Assembly (NCBI GenBank): GCA_035504215.1 | Contig: DATJSI010000112.1 | Span: 7,461 to 71,460, forward strand | From: Mycobacteriales bacterium | GTDB lineage: Bacteria; Actinomycetota; Actinomycetes; JAFAQI01 | Reading direction: 5' to 3' | DNA: 64,000 nt | Shown here: positions 60,343 to 64,000 of the stretch, piece after piece | Position numbering within the stretch: position 1 is the first letter of the stretch | Layout of the letters: the number at the start of each line of letters is the position of its first letter | Made by a program: the position numbers and the translations under genes | Notes under the pieces: generated by a model | What the model saw: only the letters and a program-made list of their open reading frames with translations | What the model was told of the DNA's origin: nothing | Databases searched by the model: none

Positions 60343-61635
60343 GTGGGGTTGGGTGATGGGCCGGTGGGAGGTCGAACGGTGTCCATGAAGGATCTGCTCG
60401 TGACCTGGGACGGGCTGGCACGGGCGGCGGCGGTGGAAGCATTTCCGCCGGTGGATGCCGTAGTGGAGCGCGGCACGGTGCTGTGCGATCCGGCGTCCGA
60501 GGCTGAGCTGGTCGCGGCAGAGGAGCGGCTGGGCCAGCGGCTTCCCCGTTCATACCGGCAGTTCCTGGCCTGTTCGAATGGCGCTCACGCCGGGGTCAAC
60601 GGTTTGGTGACACAGGCGGAGTCGGCTGCGTCTGACCGGCCGACGGCTAGTTACGGCTTGTACCCGGTCCAGCTCGTGCTGCCGTTCGCGCAGGCTCAGC
60701 CCGATCTGTTCGAACTGTGGGCTGATACGGACTTCGGCGATCCGATCACGGCCGACGGGGAGGAGGTCGCGGATTACACCGCCTTGGATGGACGGTCATT
60801 GCTGATCGGAAGCGATTCTGAGTGGCCGACGGTACTGGTCAAGGTCGGGCGCACCGGTGACTGGCAGTTGTGGCAGTTCGCTAAGGAGGGGGCAGTCGGG
60901 TACTTCTCGTTCGGTTCCTGGCTGCGATCGGAGACCGAGGCAGCTCGAGCATCGATGGTCTCAGAGCTGATCGAGCGGTGCAGCGCTGGCGACCTGAAGG
61001 CATTGGGTGAGCTGAAGAAGGTACGCGACTCAGACGCACTTCCCCAGCTGACTGCTGCGCTGCAAGTCGGCGGACAGGTGACCACCGCTGCCATCGAGGC
61101 GCTCGGGCGGATCGGTGGTGAGCCTGCCGCTCGGGCGCTCGCTCCGTTCCTTGATCCCGACGCCCTCTACGAATACAGCCAAGAGATCGGCCAAAGTTAT
61201 CGGAATCGCAAACGCCCCCCCGGTGTCGATCCGGATTGGCACAGGACAGCGCAGGATGCATTAGTCCGGATGCGACTGGCAGCAGCCGACGACGTCCTTG
61301 CCGCCTATGACTGCGCGCACGGCCTGGCGTTGCGCCGCGACCACCGGGCGGCGGAGATCGTGTTCCGACGGGAGTTCAAGCCACCGATGTTCATCGGCGC
61401 AAACGAACTTGGTCTGCTCGGCGATCCACGCTACGTCCCGCAACTACGCGCAGCCGTTCCACTCGCCGACAAACGCCGCGTCTACTACCTTCACCTCGCC
61501 CGGTGGTCGTGTGGGGACCCCGAAGTCATCGACGACCTCTGCAAGATCGCCGACGACCCCGCCGTCAGCCCTGGCCGCCGCCACCAGGCTGGATTCCTCG
61601 TCGAACGGGAAGCACGCGAACGCCGCTTCACCTAA
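60343..61635 (+). CDS. SMI1/KNR4 (SUKH-1) domain protein fused to HEAT-like repeats
   Basis: 'LPRSYRQFLACSNG' SMI1/KNR4 signature. Central 'ALGELKK…ALPQLTAALQ…AAIEALGRIGGEPAARALAPFLDPD' HEAT/PBS-lyase-like repeats. The start may be the ATG at 60385. Confidence 0.6.
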   Translation: MGLGDGPVGGRTVSMKDLLVTWDGLARAAAVEAFPPVDAVVERGTVLCDPASEAELVAAEERLGQRLPRSYRQFLACSNGAHAGVNGLVTQAESAASDRPTASYGLYPVQLVLPFAQAQPDLFELWADTDFGDPITADGEEVADYTALDGRSLLIGSDSEWPTVLVKVGRTGDWQLWQFAKEGAVGYFSFGSWLRSETEAARASMVSELIERCSAGDLKALGELKKVRDSDALPQLTAALQVGGQVTTAAIEALGRIGGEPAARALAPFLDPDALYEYSQEIGQSYRNRKRPPGVDPDWHRTAQDALVRMRLAAADDVLAAYDCAHGLALRRDHRAAEIVFRREFKPPMFIGANELGLLGDPRYVPQLRAAVPLADKRRVYYLHLARWSCGDPEVIDDLCKIADDPAVSPGRRHQAGFLVEREARERRFT

Positions 61636-61886
61636 CACGCGGCGTCAACACGTGGCCGGCCACAGCCGAACACCAGTCGCACAGCTCCGGGGCTGTTCGG
61701 GACGGCAATTCGGGTCGATGTCGTCGGGCGCCGGAGTTGTTGAACTCACCGGATCGCACGCTCGTCAGTGCCACAGCGCAAACATGACTCGCCGGTAACC
61801 AATCGCCTACCTCGATGGGCAAGTGCAACACCGTCATTCGTGGACGTACCAGGTTTACCTCGGTCGCGCGGAGTTAACGTGGGCTT

Positions 61887-62261
61887 ATGGCGATGACGAC
61901 CCGAATTGTCAACGTGTCGGTGCCAGTCCGCGACCAGGATGAGGCGATTCGGTTCTACGTCGACGTTCTCGGCTTCGAGGTTCGCCACGACGTCGAGGTC
62001 TGGCCAGGCGCTCGATTCGTGGAGGTCGTTCCACCCGGCTCGGACGTTGGTCTAGTTCTGCTGTCGCCGGACAGCGAGATCCCGATGGCCGTCCGGCTAG
62101 GGACGGACAGTGCCGACTCGGCGTACGAGAAGCTCCGCGCAGTTGGTGCGACGCTGCCCGATGACGCGGTCCTGCACATTGCCGGACAGCCGCCGATGTT
62201 CCGTTTCGAGGATCCGGATGGCAACGGTCTCGTCTACCTCGAAGAGGATCCCGACGCCTGA
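61887..62261 (+). CDS. VOC-family (glyoxalase-like) protein
   Basis: Glyoxalase fold ('VPVRDQDEAIRFYVDVLGFEV'). Confidence 0.8.
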   Translation: MAMTTRIVNVSVPVRDQDEAIRFYVDVLGFEVRHDVEVWPGARFVEVVPPGSDVGLVLLSPDSEIPMAVRLGTDSADSAYEKLRAVGATLPDDAVLHIAGQPPMFRFEDPDGNGLVYLEEDPDA

Positions 62262-62354
62262 ACCTTCACGGCGTCAGAGCGCATAACCACAAGCGAAATC
62301 GGCGCGACACGAAACGTCCGAGTGGCCGGTTCTGAGTGGACCGAGCCACGGCCG

Positions 62355-62648
62355 TCACATCGAGTTGAAGGAGCCGGCGATGGCGTGCTCGGCCTCGGCG
62401 TAGTGCGAGCCGGCTTGCGCGAGCAGCATGCTGATCCCGCTCAGCGCCTCGTGTAGCGCGCGGGCGCTGTGCTGCCACTCCAGCCAGAGCGCCTCGAAGC
62501 GCTGCTGCGCGACGCCGGCCCAGTCCGTGCCGAGTGGCGCGAGCGTGCCGGCGAGCCCGGACAGCTCGCCCTCGATCTGTGCCGCACCGCTGTTGACGCG
62601 CGCGGACATCGCCGCGAGTTGCTCGGGCGTGACGCGGATCCCTGCCAT
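62355..62648 (-). CDS. WXG100-family (Esx-like) protein, solitary
   Basis: 97 aa, helix-turn-helix with 'LGTDWAGVAQQ' (W-x-G) at the hairpin. Strong RBS GAGGGGGA 6 nt upstream. The rest of the 505-aa ORF is antisense to the neighbouring gene and was rejected. Confidence 0.75.
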   Translation of the reverse strand: MAGIRVTPEQLAAMSARVNSGAAQIEGELSGLAGTLAPLGTDWAGVAQQRFEALWLEWQHSARALHEALSGISMLLAQAGSHYAEAEHAIAGSFNSM

Positions 62649-62798
62649 GTGTCCCCCTCGATCGTTGGTCTTACGTCGTCGATGCCGCGCAACCGTACGG
62701 CGTTGCGATCCACGGCTTCCCCCGCTATCCACAACCCCACCCGCGAGCCGTTCGTCAAGATCAGCGAGGGCTTTGGGGGTGGTCGTAGGCTCGTCGCC

Positions 62799-63722
62799 AT
62801 GGCCGCCGCCTCGCCCGACTCCCTTGCGTCGGAGCTCGACCCGCAGCTCGATCCGCAGACCGACTCGCAGCTCGATCCGCAGACCGACTCGCAGCTCGCC
62901 ACGCGGCTGGGCGGCCTCGAGGCGGGGTTGCGGGAGCTCGGCAGCGTTCTGGTCGCGTTCAGTGGCGGCACCGACTCCGCTTTCCTGCTGGCGGCCGCCA
63001 CCCGAGCGCTCGGCGCCGACCACGTCGTTGCGGCCACCGCGGTTTCGCCGAGCCTGCCGCGCCATGAGCTGGATGCGGCGCGGGCATTCGCGGCCGAGCT
63101 GGGTGTCCGGCACATGAACCCGTCGACCGACGAGCTCGCCCGCGAGGGCTACCGGGCCAACGCCGGCGATCGTTGCGCCTTCTGCAAATCGGAGCTGCTC
63201 GACGTACTCGTTCCGCTCTCGCGGGTCCTCGGCCTCGACCACGTTGCCACCGGGACCAACGCCGACGACGCGCGGGCGGGATTCCGGCCCGGCATCAGGG
63301 CCGCCGCCGAGCGCGGCGCAGTGACGCCGCTGCTCGACGCCGGCCTGACCAAGGCGGAGGTGCGCAGCGCAAGCCGGCAGTGGGGGCTGCGCACCTGGGA
63401 CAAGCCGGCCGCGGCCTGCCTGTCCAGCCGGATCGCGTACGGCGTCGAAGTGACCGCCGCCCGCCTCGCGCGGGTCGAGCAGGCGGAGATCAGCCTGCGG
63501 CTCGCCCTGGACTCCGCCGGGATCCCGGTCCGTGACCTGCGCGTGCGCGACCTCGGCGAACGTGCCCTGATCGAGGTGGACCCGGCGATGGTCGGCGCGG
63601 TTGCGGCGCGGCCGGAGATCGTCGCCGCAATCAGCGGGTTCGAGCGGGTCGAGGTCGATCCGCGCGGGTTCCGCAGCGGCTCGATGAACGAGCGGCTGCC
63701 GGACCCGGAACGCTGGCGCTGA
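62799..63722 (+). CDS. LarE-family PP-loop ATP-dependent sulfur transferase (TIGR00268/COG1606) with a low-complexity N-terminal repeat (DPQLDPQTDSQL×2)
   Basis: 'LVAFSGGTDS' PP-loop. Conserved 'RPG', 'ACLSSRIAYG' (LarE Cys region) and 'GFRSGSMN' motifs. Start moved to the internal ATG at 62799. Confidence 0.75.
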   Translation: MAAASPDSLASELDPQLDPQTDSQLDPQTDSQLATRLGGLEAGLRELGSVLVAFSGGTDSAFLLAAATRALGADHVVAATAVSPSLPRHELDAARAFAAELGVRHMNPSTDELAREGYRANAGDRCAFCKSELLDVLVPLSRVLGLDHVATGTNADDARAGFRPGIRAAAERGAVTPLLDAGLTKAEVRSASRQWGLRTWDKPAAACLSSRIAYGVEVTAARLARVEQAEISLRLALDSAGIPVRDLRVRDLGERALIEVDPAMVGAVAARPEIVAAISGFERVEVDPRGFRSGSMNERLPDPERWR

Positions 63723-63834
63723 GCGGACCGACCGGCCCGCGGCAAATCGAGGCGCCGAATGATCCCCGATCCGGCTAGCCTGGCTTCGGCGCACGAAAGG
63801 TGCGCCGGAAATCATCGACGTAGAGAAGGTCATC

Positions 63835-64000
63835 GTGCCCACCGGCAAGGTCAAGTGGTTCGACGCGGACAAGGGCTTCGGCTTCTTGGCCCGCGACGAC
63901 GGCGGCGACGTTTACGTGCACGCCTCGTCGCTCCCGGCGGGTACGGCGCTCAAGCCCGGTGCTCGGGTGGAGTTCGGAGTTGCCGAGGGCCGGCGCGGCG
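63835..64000 (+). CDS. Cold-shock protein (CspA family), 3'-truncated by the window edge
   Basis: '[26 protein letters not shown]' RNP motifs. GTG start with GAGAAGG 6 nt upstream. Confidence 0.85.
   Translation, partial: MPTGKVKWFDADKGFGFLARDDGGDVYVHASSLPAGTALKPGARVEFGVAEGRRG

Noticed and set aside
62649-63872. N-terminal 400 aa of the 505-aa minus-strand ORF
   Set aside because: Antisense to the LarE-family gene (62799..63722), which has clear PP-loop motifs. Only the terminal WXG100 segment is kept.

Overview
This is a high-GC (~70%) actinobacterial chromosomal window. It carries mshA (mycothiol), CarD, and several gene-order blocks that look like Mycobacterium tuberculosis (XRE regulator + HbhA-like, mshA–YbjN–gpmA, carD…cysS–rlmB, tRNA-Thr, otsB/otsA, groEL2 with a CIRCE operator). 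Most of it is core or housekeeping. The main blocks, in order:
- A PAPS/sulfate-activation cluster (rhodanese, DUF1416, cysD, cysN, cysQ, and a separate long-form cysC).
- A rhamnose/cell-wall polysaccharide cluster (galE, NlpC/P60, polyprenyl-P sugar transferase, rmlD, rmlB, rmlA, rmlC, and a GT2–methyltransferase fusion).
- A collagen-like secreted protein.
- A ~940-aa DUF4388 protein made largely of near-perfect Ala/Glu tandem repeats, transcribed divergently from a gene whose product has both RsiG-type E(X)3S(X)2R(X)3Q(X)3D c-di-GMP motifs.
- An asparaginase_II-like gene with no canonical start codon.
- A DUF222-HNH (REP13E12-like) element beside two tandem paralogous secreted proteins.
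- AlaX, alkaline-phosphatase family, mshA–YbjN–gpmA, UbiA, carD–PIN/TRAM–ispF–thiolase–cysS–rlmB, a Tat-signal FAD-binding oxidase, an aquaporin, tRNA-Thr(UGU), gdh, and otsB/otsA.
- A SAM-I type riboswitch upstream of a threonine-synthase-like gene plus a MoaD/ThiS-like sulfur carrier (GG terminus), which looks like a MetM/MetO-type homocysteine route.
- groEL2 with a CIRCE operator, then an accessory-looking tail (gene remnant, SMI1/KNR4–HEAT fusion, VOC, a lone WXG100, a LarE-family PP-loop ATPase, csp).

I found no CRISPR array, integrase or prophage.

Product calls come from motif and domain recognition by eye, not from database searches. Start sites are refined from the ORF track where the context allowed.
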